The position numbers and the translations under genes were made by a program. From the NCBI GenBank assembly GCA_963843975.1, contig CAWJMG010000003.1:240001-272000 (forward strand): a DNA stretch of 32,000 nucleotides, in the 5' to 3' direction. Under the pieces are notes generated by a model. The model did no database searches. It was not told where the DNA came from and saw only the letters and a program-made list of their open reading frames with translations. How positions within the stretch are numbered: position 1 is the first letter of the stretch; each line of letters starts with the position of its first letter. Positions 1 through 8,319 of this stretch are shown here, one piece after another. Source of the stretch: an uncultured Actinomycetes bacterium. Its GTDB lineage: Bacteria; Actinomycetota; Actinomycetes; S36-B12; CAIYMF01.

Positions 1-284
1 ACGGCGTCAACGTGGAGTTCGTCGTCCGCGTGGGCCAACCCGGCGCGCGACACGTCCGCATGCGGGTGCACGAGCGTGGGGTCGGTGAGACCCTCAGCTG
101 CGGCACCGGCGCCTGCGCGGTGATGGTGGCCGCGGCCGGACGCGACCAAGCCCCGACCGAGACCGCCTACACCGTCGACGTTCCCGGAGGAACCGTGGTC
201 GTGACCCGTCGAGCCGACGAGCACCTCGAGCTGCGCGGACCTGCCGAGATCGTGGCCCGCGCGACCATCACCTCCGCCTCGTGA
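1..284 (+). CDS. dapF: diaminopimelate epimerase, C-terminal fragment (gene begins upstream of the window)
   Basis: The frame is open from the window edge to TGA 282-284. The translation contains ERGVGETLSCGTGACA, the second active-site Cys motif of DapF. dapF upstream of hflX is common actinobacterial synteny. Confidence 0.85.
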   Translation, partial: GVNVEFVVRVGQPGARHVRMRVHERGVGETLSCGTGACAVMVAAAGRDQAPTETAYTVDVPGGTVVVTRRADEHLELRGPAEIVARATITSAS

Positions 285-1057
285 GCGACGAGCAGCGCGA
301 CGTCGATGTCGACGACGGTCCAGCCTTCGCCGCGGCCGTCGGCAGCTTCGTGAGCGACCTCGGCGGCGGCTTCATGATCTCCAGCCAGGCCAAGGAGTTC
401 GGCAAGAGCAACGGGCTGCGCGGCCGCCAGGCCTACGTGCTGGGTCGCGGGAGCGTGCTCGGCGACGTCGACGCCGATGTCGTCACGAGCGCGTTCGGCT
501 TCTGGCCCGCCGACATCGTGCGCGAGTCGTGGGACGCCGGCCGCGCCGTGATGCCGGTCGCGGCTGCTCGCGAGGGCTACAGCGCTGCCTGCCACGACTG
601 GGGCATCGCGCACTACGCCAGCCTCGACGGTGCCGCGCGCCTCGCCGAGCTGCTCGAGTGGATCGTCGACGGCACCGACGTCGCCGGCCTCCCGCTGTAC
701 GCCGGATGGCGTGCCGTGCCGCTGCCCGACGACCCGCTCGCGCGCGTCGCCCAGCTCATGCACCTCCTGCGCGAGCACCGGGGAGGCCTGCACATCGTCG
801 CCGTCGTCGCGTGCGGGCTCACCCCGCTGCAGGCGATCCTCGCCGGCAAGGGCGGCCCCGGGAACGCGACGTTCTTCGGGTGGGAGGAGCCGTTCGAGGA
901 CTTCAGCGGCCATCTCATCGCGCGGTCCGAGGCCGAGGCGCTCACCGATCGCCTCGTGGCCCCGGCGTACGACGTGCTCGGGCACGACGAGCGCGTCGAG
1001 CTGCTCGACCTCCTGCAGCGCGCGGCAGACGCCGCCTACGGTCCCGACGCGGCCTAG
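281..1057 (+). CDS. conserved hypothetical protein (258 aa)
   Basis: The GTG start overlaps the dapF stop (GTGA at 281-284). The composition is balanced and protein-like, with high GC3. I recognise no family motif. All overlapping ORFs are Arg/Pro-rich shadows. Confidence 0.6.
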   Translation: MSDEQRDVDVDDGPAFAAAVGSFVSDLGGGFMISSQAKEFGKSNGLRGRQAYVLGRGSVLGDVDADVVTSAFGFWPADIVRESWDAGRAVMPVAAAREGYSAACHDWGIAHYASLDGAARLAELLEWIVDGTDVAGLPLYAGWRAVPLPDDPLARVAQLMHLLREHRGGLHIVAVVACGLTPLQAILAGKGGPGNATFFGWEEPFEDFSGHLIARSEAEALTDRLVAPAYDVLGHDERVELLDLLQRAADAAYGPDAA

Positions 1058-1059
1058 CC

Positions 1060-2331
1060 ATGTACGACGACGCGCACCGCGCCGCCGATCACGGCAGCCC
1101 CGCCGTGGCCGAGAACGCCTCTGCCGCAACGGCTTCGGCGCCGTCCAAGCGGGGCATCAGGTCGAAGGCCAGCCGCATCGTCGGCATCGACGTCGCGCGC
1201 GGCATCGCGCTGCTCGCCATGGCGGGCACGCACATGCTCCCGGTGCACACGCCGTCCGGGCAGCTCACCATCACCGGCTTCCTGTTCGGTGGCCGCGCCT
1301 CGGCGCTGTTCGCGCTGCTGGCCGGCGTGAGCCTCGCGATCGTCACCGGTGGCAGCACGCCGAAGACGGGACGCGACATGAAGCGCGCCCGGGTCACGAT
1401 CGCCGTGCGCGCCGGCCTCATCGGCGTCATCGGTCTCGTCCTCGCGATGACCGACACGATCGTGGCCGTGATCCTGGCGTACTACGCCATCTACTTCCTG
1501 CTCGCGCTGCCGTTCCTGAAACTGCGCGCCTCGACCCTGCTGTCGCTCGCGATCGTCTGGGGCGTGGTGAGCCCGCAGCTCAGCTTCTGGATCCGCGGCT
1601 TCCTGCCCGACGGCCCCGGCCCGCAGGTCGACCTGATCATGGTCTTCACCGATCCCGTGCCGGCCTTCACGCAGCTCTTCTTCACCGGCTACTACCCGGC
1701 GTTCACGTGGCTCACGTTCATCCTCGCGGGCCTCGCCGTCGGTCGCATGGACCTGCGCGCGAAGGCCACCGCGATCCGCCTCCTGCTGGTCGGAGCGGTC
1801 GTCGCGGTCGCCGCGTGGGCGGCGTCCGGGCTGCTGCTGCAGGTCGTCGGCTTCACCACCGTGTGGCAGACCGAGGAGGGTGCGCGCACGTTCTCGGGCT
1901 GGCACGTCAACAACATCGGCTGGTACGGCACCACGCCGACGGACGATGCGAGCTGGCTCCTGGTGGCCGGGCCGCACAGCGGCACCTCGTTCGACCTCAT
2001 CGGCGTCACGGGCTCGGCGGTCGCGGTGCTGGGCGCGTGCCTCCTGCTCGTCCGAGCCGACCTCCTGCGCAGGCTGTCGTACCCGCTGGCGGCCACGGGT
2101 GCGATGACGCTGACGCTCTACTCGATCCACGTGGTCGTGCTCTCGTTCGACGTGGGCGACCTCGGCTCGCGGACGTACTACTTGACACACGTGGTGGTTG
2201 CTCTCGCGGCCGCCTCGGTCTGGTTGTGGTTCTTCACCAAGGGGCCGCTCGAGGCGCTCGTGCACGAGATCGCCACCGGGGTCGGCAAGGCGGCCGTGCC
2301 GCCCGAGCCGAAGCAACCCATCGCGGCCTGA
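1060..2331 (+). CDS. polytopic membrane protein, DUF1624/DUF418 (heparan-alpha-glucosaminide N-acetyltransferase/YeiB-like)
   Basis: ATG 1060 lies 3 nt after the previous stop, in the frame of ORF 529..2331. The motif RIVGIDVARGIALLAMAGTHM and about 10 hydrophobic helices are typical of this acyltransferase-like family. The upstream part of the ORF is Arg/Pro junk. Confidence 0.65.
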   Translation: MYDDAHRAADHGSPAVAENASAATASAPSKRGIRSKASRIVGIDVARGIALLAMAGTHMLPVHTPSGQLTITGFLFGGRASALFALLAGVSLAIVTGGSTPKTGRDMKRARVTIAVRAGLIGVIGLVLAMTDTIVAVILAYYAIYFLLALPFLKLRASTLLSLAIVWGVVSPQLSFWIRGFLPDGPGPQVDLIMVFTDPVPAFTQLFFTGYYPAFTWLTFILAGLAVGRMDLRAKATAIRLLLVGAVVAVAAWAASGLLLQVVGFTTVWQTEEGARTFSGWHVNNIGWYGTTPTDDASWLLVAGPHSGTSFDLIGVTGSAVAVLGACLLLVRADLLRRLSYPLAATGAMTLTLYSIHVVVLSFDVGDLGSRTYYLTHVVVALAAASVWLWFFTKGPLEALVHEIATGVGKAAVPPEPKQPIAA

Positions 2332-2376
2332 GCCGCGCCCAGCCTTGCGGACCGCGCGTGGAGTGCAGGCGGAGGG

Positions 2377-2748
2377 TCAGGCGGCTGCACGAGGCTCGGT
2401 CGACGCCCAGGTGTAGAGCCCGGCGACGACCAGCCACACCGCGGTCGGAGCGATGAGCAGCGCTGCCTGCCATGACACCGACGCCACGACGGCGAGGACC
2501 ACGGCGAGGATGACGGCGTACACCGCGATCGACTGCCGGCCCGTGAGCAGCCCCGTGCCCGTCGCGACCGGCTGCAGCCAGGTGGCCGCGATGAGCACGA
2601 TCACGCCGATCCGGGCCACGGGGGAGGAGCCGTCGGGGATCCGGCGGTAGGCGAGCACCATGAGCCCGGTGAGCACGAGCCACCCGGGCACGACGACGTA
2701 GCCGAGCCAGCTCAGCCTGGCCAGCACCCGATCGGCGTCGAGCCGCAT
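2377..2748 (-). CDS. small integral membrane protein (123 aa, about 4 TM)
   Basis: This is an internal ATG (2748) of ORF 2377..2859. It is preceded on the minus strand by GGAGGAGGTGGGCTG, a strong RBS. The translation MRLDADRVLARLSWLGYVVVPGWLVL... is hydrophobic. Confidence 0.55.
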   Translation of the reverse strand: MRLDADRVLARLSWLGYVVVPGWLVLTGLMVLAYRRIPDGSSPVARIGVIVLIAATWLQPVATGTGLLTGRQSIAVYAVILAVVLAVVASVSWQAALLIAPTAVWLVVAGLYTWASTEPRAAA

Positions 2749-2891
2749 CAGCCCACCTCCTCCGCGCCCAGTCTCGGCCATGACGGGCGCAGACCGCCGC
2801 ATCGACCGTCCGGCGCCGTACGCCGCAGGGCCTGCGCTGAGCGAGAACCGGGTCGGCACCGCGGCGGCAACCGTGCGACCCTAGAAGGGAC

Positions 2892-4289
2892 ATGACTGAT
2901 TCCTTCATCGAGGACGACGAGCTCACCACCGGTGAGTTCGAGCTGTCCGACCGTGCAGCGCTGCGCCGCGTAGGCGGCCTCTCCACCGAGCTCACCGACG
3001 TCACCGAGGTCGAGTACCGCCAGATCCGCCTCGAGCGGGTGGTGCTCGTCGGCGTGTGGACCGAGGGCACCGTGCTCGACGCCGAGCGCAGCCTCGCCGA
3101 GCTCGCGCGTCTCGCGGAGACCGCCGGCTCGGTCATCGTCGACGGCCTGATCCAGCGCCGCGACCGGCCCGATCCTGCGACGTACATCGGCTCGGGCAAG
3201 GCGAAGGAGCTGCGCGACGTCGTGGTCGAGCACGGAGCCGACACCGTGATCGCCGACGGCGAGCTCACGCCCGGACAGCTGCGCCAGCTCGAGGACGTCG
3301 TGAAGGTCAAGGTCGTCGACCGCACCTGGCTGATCCTCGACATCTTCGCCCAGCACGCACGCAGCCGTGAGGGCAAGGCGCAGGTCTCGCTCGCGCAGAT
3401 GCAGTACCTCCTCCCGCGACTGCGCGGCTGGGGCGAGTCGCTCTCCCGTCAGGGCGGTGGCGCGGGCGGCTCCGGCGGCGGCGTCGGCACGCGCGGCCCC
3501 GGTGAGACCAAGATCGAGACCGATCGTCGTCGCATCAACACCTCGATGGCCAAGCTGCGCCGCGACATCAAGGAGATGAAGACCGCGCGCGACACCCAGC
3601 GCGCCGACCGTCGTCGCCACGGTGTCCCCAGCGTCGCGATCGCCGGCTACACCAACGCCGGCAAGTCCAGTCTTCTCAACCGCGTCACGGGTGCGGGTGT
3701 GCTCGTCGAGGACTCGCTCTTCGCCACCCTCGACCCGACCGTACGACGTACCCACACGCCGACCGGCCGCGAGTACACCGTGACCGACACCGTCGGCTTC
3801 GTGCGCCACCTTCCGCACCAGCTCGTCGAGGCCTTCCGCTCGACGCTGGAGGAGGTGTCGGAGTCCGACCTGATCCTGCACGTGGTCGACGGCAGCGACG
3901 ACGACCCCGAGGGCCAGATCACCGCGGTGCGCGAGGTGCTCGCTGAGATCGGCGCCCACCACGTGCCCGAGATCATCGTGATCAACAAGGCCGACGCAGC
4001 CGATGCCGAGACGATCGCGCGGCTGCAGCGCCGCGAGCCGCATTCCATCGTCGTGAGCGCCAAGACCGGCCAGGGCATCGAGCAGCTGCTCGGCATGATC
4101 GAGCACGACCTTCCGCGCAGCGCCGTCGAGGTCGATGTCGTCGTCCCGTACGAGCGCGGCGATCTGGTGGCGCGCGCGCACAAGGACGGCGAGGTGCTCG
4201 GCGTCGACCACACCGACACGGGCACACGGCTCAAGGCGCGCGTTCCGCAGAGCCTGGCCACCGAGCTCGAGGCCGCCGCCGGCGCCTGA
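2892..4289 (+). CDS. hflX: GTPase HflX
   Basis: 465 aa. The HflX N-terminal domain is followed by the G-domain motifs GYTNAGKSSL (G1), DTVGF (G3) and NKAD (G4). An RBS GAAGGGA lies upstream of ATG 2892. Confidence 0.95.
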   Translation: MTDSFIEDDELTTGEFELSDRAALRRVGGLSTELTDVTEVEYRQIRLERVVLVGVWTEGTVLDAERSLAELARLAETAGSVIVDGLIQRRDRPDPATYIGSGKAKELRDVVVEHGADTVIADGELTPGQLRQLEDVVKVKVVDRTWLILDIFAQHARSREGKAQVSLAQMQYLLPRLRGWGESLSRQGGGAGGSGGGVGTRGPGETKIETDRRRINTSMAKLRRDIKEMKTARDTQRADRRRHGVPSVAIAGYTNAGKSSLLNRVTGAGVLVEDSLFATLDPTVRRTHTPTGREYTVTDTVGFVRHLPHQLVEAFRSTLEEVSESDLILHVVDGSDDDPEGQITAVREVLAEIGAHHVPEIIVINKADAADAETIARLQRREPHSIVVSAKTGQGIEQLLGMIEHDLPRSAVEVDVVVPYERGDLVARAHKDGEVLGVDHTDTGTRLKARVPQSLATELEAAAGA

Positions 4290-4409
4290 TCGACCGCGTC
4301 GCCGTTACGGGCACGCCCCGGCATTCCCACGTCCGAGGCGCTGCTCTACGGTCGCCCCTGACACGCTCGCGACCGCGGGCGGCCCCTGGGACGAGAGGAC
4401 GCCCGCATC

Positions 4410-4745
4410 ATGACCGACGAAGAGACCACCGAGCCCGCCGTCGAGGCAGTCGCGCTCGTCGACATCGACGGCGACGGCACCGTCGACGCGGTGACCGCGA
4501 TCATCGACAACGGCGACACCGTCACCTACGTCGACATCGACGGCGACGGCACCGTCGACGCCGTCATCGCCACGGCCGAGGACGGCACGACCGTCATCGC
4601 GATCGACGAGGACGGCGACGGCAGCCCCGACGTCCTGCTCATCGACGAGGACGGCGACGGCACGATCGACGTCGTCGCGACGCTGGACGAGAACGGCGAG
4701 GTCGTCGAGGTCGCCGAGGTCGAGAAGGCGGCCGACGAGGCCTGA
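4410..4745 (+). CDS. small highly acidic protein with four DxDGDG(T/S)xD calcium-loop-like repeats (111 aa)
   Basis: RBS GAGAGGA precedes ATG 4410. The repeats read VDIDGDGTVDAV (twice), IDEDGDGSPDV and IDEDGDGTIDV. No signal peptide is evident. A hairpin terminator follows. Confidence 0.7.
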   Translation: MTDEETTEPAVEAVALVDIDGDGTVDAVTAIIDNGDTVTYVDIDGDGTVDAVIATAEDGTTVIAIDEDGDGSPDVLLIDEDGDGTIDVVATLDENGEVVEVAEVEKAADEA

Positions 4746-4763
4746 TCCCCGCAGCACGCGAAC

Positions 4764-4790
4764 GGGCCGGCGCAGGTGATGCGCCGGCCC
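4764..4790. terminator. GC-rich hairpin between convergent genes, followed by TTT
   Basis: The arms GGGCCGGCGCA (4764-4774) and TGCGCCGGCCC (4780-4790) form a perfect 11-bp stem with a 5-nt loop, followed by TTTCG. It lies between the stop of 4410..4745 (+) and the stop of 4812..5837 (-). Confidence 0.6.
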
Positions 4791-4811
4791 TTTCGCATGT
4801 CGTCGAGGCGG

Positions 4812-5837
4812 TCACAGGCGACGGGCGCCGTGCTCCTTCTTGGCCGCGAAGAGTGCGACGTCGGCCCTCTCGAGCGCGCCGTAGAGCGACTCGCCCGGCT
4901 CCACCTGGGCCCAGCCCGCGGACCACGCGGCGCTCGCGGCACCGCGCGTCTCGGGGCACTCCTCGCGCACCCGGCACTCGAGAGTGCGAGCGGCCTCGAG
5001 CCGGGTGTCGACGAGCACGACCGCGAACTCGTCGCCGCCGAACCGGCACGCGAGATCGCTCTCGCGGAGCCCGTCGCTCCAGCCGAGGGCGACGTGCTGC
5101 AGCAGCTTGTCGCCTGCGATGTGCCCGTGGGTGTCGTTGTAGGTCTTGAAGTGGTCGAGGTCGATGAGGCCCACGGTGACCGGGATGCCCGAGCGCGCGC
5201 AGGCGGCGAGCAGCGGCGGGGCGAGCAGGTCGAGCCCCCGACGGTTGTGCAGCGTCGTGAGCTCGTCGTGCAGCGCAAGGCTTCGCAGCCGCTCGACCAG
5301 CCACGACACGAGGACCGTGAGGCCGACGATCACCGCCACGATCATCCAGTAGACCGCCGGCGAGGACATCCTCGGATTGAGCTGCTCGCCGATGCCGTAG
5401 AGGACGATCATCAGCGTGAGCGACACCTGCAGCCGTCGCCTCGGCAGGAAGTAGGCGGCGAAGACGGCGTAGGCCGTGAGACCGAGGCCAATGAGCACCT
5501 GCCCCTCGTCCGTCGGTGTCAGAAGCGTGACGAGAACCGCGAGCACGTACGCGATGCCCAGGCCCACGTCGATACCGAGCCCGCCCGGCACGAGCGGCAG
5601 GAGCCACCAGGTGATCGCGGCGAGGAGTAGGAGTGCGGCGGCGATCTTGGCGTAGACCGCGGGGTCGCCCGTGCGGTTGAACCCCGGGACCGCGAACATG
5701 CCGCAGCACAGGGCCGCGAAGACCTGGATGGAGGCGAGGATCGCGTACGGCGTGCGACGGCGACCGAGGTGGTGCTGGAACGTGCTGGCGGCTTCCCCCC
5801 GCGGCGTCGAGGGGCTGGCCGCCCCCTCGGTGCTCAT
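4812..5837 (-). CDS. membrane-anchored diguanylate cyclase (about 6 TM + GGDEF domain), paralog 1
   Basis: 341 aa. Motifs: DELTTLHNRRGLD, DLDHFKTYNDTHGHIAGD, and RESD (RxxD I-site) followed by RFGGDEF (GGDEF encoded at 5025-5039). Confidence 0.9.
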   Translation of the reverse strand: MSTEGAASPSTPRGEAASTFQHHLGRRRTPYAILASIQVFAALCCGMFAVPGFNRTGDPAVYAKIAAALLLLAAITWWLLPLVPGGLGIDVGLGIAYVLAVLVTLLTPTDEGQVLIGLGLTAYAVFAAYFLPRRRLQVSLTLMIVLYGIGEQLNPRMSSPAVYWMIVAVIVGLTVLVSWLVERLRSLALHDELTTLHNRRGLDLLAPPLLAACARSGIPVTVGLIDLDHFKTYNDTHGHIAGDKLLQHVALGWSDGLRESDLACRFGGDEFAVVLVDTRLEAARTLECRVREECPETRGAASAAWSAGWAQVEPGESLYGALERADVALFAAKKEHGARRL

Positions 5838-5911
5838 GAGCCCAGGTTAGGCAGCCCGTATCCGTCGTTGCGCGTCGTGGGAGCGAACCGAGAGGGAGGT
5901 TGGATGAGGGC

Positions 5912-6626
5912 ATGATCACGGTCGCCACCTGGAACGTTCTGGCTCCCGCCTACGCACTCCCGAACCGGTATCCGGGCGTGCCGACCGACCATCTCGCCAC
6001 CGACCCTCGAAGCCCGCGTGTGCGTGAGCGCCTCGACGATCTGCTGGGTCGGTGCGATGTCGTGGCAGTGCAGGAGGCCGACAGGGAGCTGGTCGCCTGG
6101 CTAGTCGAGCAGGCCGGCGCCGACGTCGTGCACGCGCCAAGGCCGTCGTCCGTGGACGGCGTACTGCTCGCCTCGCGCCGCCATGGCCTCGACGGGCTCA
6201 CGGGAGGGTCGGCGGACCAGAGACGCACGTGGGCGGCCGCGGACGTGGACGGGGTGCTCGTGGTGTCGGTGCACCTCGACCCTGAGTGGCCGGCCAAACG
6301 CCTGCGCGGAGCCGTCCAGGCTGCGCAGCTCGTCACCTGGCTCGACGAGGAGACGCAGAGGCTCGTCGGTCGTGATCGCGGGCGACATCAATGCGTCGTG
6401 GGACGGCCCCACCGGGGCGGCCCTGCGGTGGGGCGGCTTCGCGGCTGAGCGTGCCGGGTCCACTGCCGCCACCAACGGGAAGTGCCGTGAGCTCGATGTC
6501 ATGGCGACGCGTGGATGCACGGCTCGTCTCACACCGATGGGTCTGCCGGCCGTCGGAACGCCGTACTGGCTACCGGATCTCGAGATCCCGAGCGACCACG
6601 CGCCGGTGCTCGCGGTGATCGACTAG
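5912..6626 (+). pseudogene. endonuclease/exonuclease/phosphatase (EEP) family protein, interrupted by a frameshift near 6350-6366
   Basis: The N-terminal EEP motifs (TWNVL, VAVQEAD, VSVHL) are in the phase of ORF 5900..6448. The C-terminal motifs are in the phase of ORF 6183..6626: GDIN at 6381-6392 and SDH at 6591-6599. RBS AGAGGGAGG (5891-5899) precedes ATG 5912. Confidence 0.7.
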
Positions 6627-6636
6627 CGCGGGAGCC

Positions 6637-7089
6637 TCAGACGGCGGTGGCGAGGCGGCCGCGGCGGGTGAGGTGGTCGTCGTGGGCTGCGCTCACCACG
6701 GCGAGGGCGCTCATGCCCTCGGTCCAGGCGGCGAAGCCGGGCCACCAGCCGCTGCTCGTCAGCGTGCGCGCCTTCTCGTGCAGCTCCTCCGCGGCGTCGA
6801 CGTCGAGGCCGGGCAGGACGGCGAGGAACTCGTCGCGGCCGGGGCGGGCGAGCACGGCGTCGAAGGGGAGCAGCGACTGCCACGCGACGATGGCGCCGTC
6901 GATGGCGTCGTCGCCGGCACGGACTGCGTCGTCGCGCATGTGCTTGCCGGCGCGGACCTCGAAGTAGGCGACCGAGCAGGGGACGCCGGAGTCCCACGCC
7001 GCCTGGGCAAGAGCCAGACCGTCTTCGCGCAGCTTGCGGCCCGACCACACGCCGGTGATCGGGTCGACGTCGTGCACGTGAATCACCAC
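6637..7089 (-). CDS. standalone degenerate GGDEF-domain protein (GRDEF, 150 aa), probably catalytically inactive
   Basis: GTG start at 7089. DPITGV stands in place of DxLTGL. EVRAGKHMRDDAVRAGDD stands in place of DxDxFKxxNDxxGHxxGD. ARPGRDEFLAVLPG stands in place of RxGGDEFxxxLP (GRDEF at 6826-6840). There is no RxxD I-site and no TM region. Confidence 0.6.
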   Translation of the reverse strand: MVIHVHDVDPITGVWSGRKLREDGLALAQAAWDSGVPCSVAYFEVRAGKHMRDDAVRAGDDAIDGAIVAWQSLLPFDAVLARPGRDEFLAVLPGLDVDAAEELHEKARTLTSSGWWPGFAAWTEGMSALAVVSAAHDDHLTRRGRLATAV

Positions 7090-7231
7090 CGTTTCAGGCT
7101 AGGAGGGCAAGGTGAACGGACGGCCAACGCAGACACGGTTCGCTCGTTCGGGTGACGGCACGCAGACGCTGAGTGCGGTCTCGGTCGCACAGCGTCCCGT
7201 CCCGCGATCGAGACTCGCTGGTGCGCCGTGA

Positions 7232-8245
7232 TCAGGCCTGCGGACGCGGCAACGAGCGCTTGGCGTCCATCAGTGCCTCGTCAGCGCGGTTGAGCGCGTC
7301 GTACAGGTCCTCGCCAGGCAGCCAGGTCGCGAGGCCGATGCTCCAGGACGCCGGCCCGTGCGCCCGTACGCGGCCGATGAGCTCCTCAGCCTGCTGGGGC
7401 GTCGTTCCGGGCAGGACCACGGCGAACTCGTCGCCACCGAAGCGAGCCAGCACGTCGCTGGCCCGCAGCTCGGCGAGCCACGCGGCGGCGACTGCGACGA
7501 GGAGCGCGTCGCCGGCGATGTGGCCGCGGGAGTCGTTGAAGCCCTTGAAGTCGTCGAGATCGAGGATGCCGACCGTGACGGGGCTGTTCGCGCGGCCGGC
7601 GGCCGCGAGAACGGGGGGAGCCGTGAGGTCGAGGCCGCGACGGTTGAGCGCACCGGTGAGGGCATCACGAAGTGCGAGGTCGCGCAGGTGCTCGGCGAGC
7701 GAGGCGACCATGAGCGTCACGCCCGAAGTGATCGCGACGACGAGCACTACTTGGACGAAGCCCGTGAGCTTCGGGTTGACCAGCCAGGCGAGGGTGAATC
7801 CGAGCGCCATGAGTGCGACGTGGAACCAGAGGCGCGGCTTGGGTCTGAAGTAGCCGGCGAAGGCGCCGAGCGCGACGAGGCCGAGACCCACGCTCATCTG
7901 CGCCTCGGCGTTGTCGACGGCGAACGCGCCCGCGATCGCGAGGCACTCCGTCACGAACAGCGAGACGCCCAGGCCCCACCCGCCACGGGTGCGCGGCGCG
8001 ATGCGCCACGTGTAGACCGCGAGGATGAGCAGCAGGGCGCCGACGGCGGCGTCGAGCGGGCGGTAGATCGACGACGCCGAGCTGGAGACGCCGAGCACCA
8101 GGGCTGCTGCGGCCGTGGAGGCCTGAAGACCGGCGAGCACGTGGTACGGCGTACCGGCCTGGCGGTAGAGGCTGGGGTGGAACGGCGCCTCGCTGTCGAC
8201 CCCCTGGTCCGTGGCGCGGCCGTTGCCCGGGGGCTCGATCTGCAC
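7232..8245 (-). CDS. membrane-anchored diguanylate cyclase (TM + GGDEF), paralog 2
   Basis: 337 aa with a GTG start at 8245 (uncertain). Motifs: DALTGALNRRGLD, DLDDFKGFNDSRGHIAGD, RASD I-site and RFGGDEF (7424-7438). Confidence 0.9.
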   Translation of the reverse strand: MQIEPPGNGRATDQGVDSEAPFHPSLYRQAGTPYHVLAGLQASTAAAALVLGVSSSASSIYRPLDAAVGALLLILAVYTWRIAPRTRGGWGLGVSLFVTECLAIAGAFAVDNAEAQMSVGLGLVALGAFAGYFRPKPRLWFHVALMALGFTLAWLVNPKLTGFVQVVLVVAITSGVTLMVASLAEHLRDLALRDALTGALNRRGLDLTAPPVLAAAGRANSPVTVGILDLDDFKGFNDSRGHIAGDALLVAVAAAWLAELRASDVLARFGGDEFAVVLPGTTPQQAEELIGRVRAHGPASWSIGLATWLPGEDLYDALNRADEALMDAKRSLPRPQA

Positions 8246-8319
8246 CCACGAACGGTAGCGGCGGCGATCGGCGGGTTTCCTGCTCAGCGGCCAGCCCGGG
8301 GTGGTTGCTGAGGAGACCC

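Noticed and set aside
167-4211. Long antisense or off-frame ORFs over the dapF-hflX region: 167..1129 (-), 630..2456 (+), 1054..2316 (-), 2234..3376 (-), 2748..4211 (-), and the N-terminal 177 codons of 529..2331.
   Set aside because: Their translations are dominated by Arg/Pro/Ala/Gly runs and contain no motifs. They overlap ORFs that have clear family signatures or membrane topology. Open shadow frames like these are expected in DNA of about 70% GC.
4458-4662. Short, regularly spaced DNA repeats that could superficially suggest a CRISPR-like or tandem-repeat locus.
   Set aside because: The repeats are in frame and encode the DxDGDG peptide repeats of a well-supported ORF with an RBS and a terminator. 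The spacing (72 and 39 nt) and the repeat lengths do not fit a CRISPR array.
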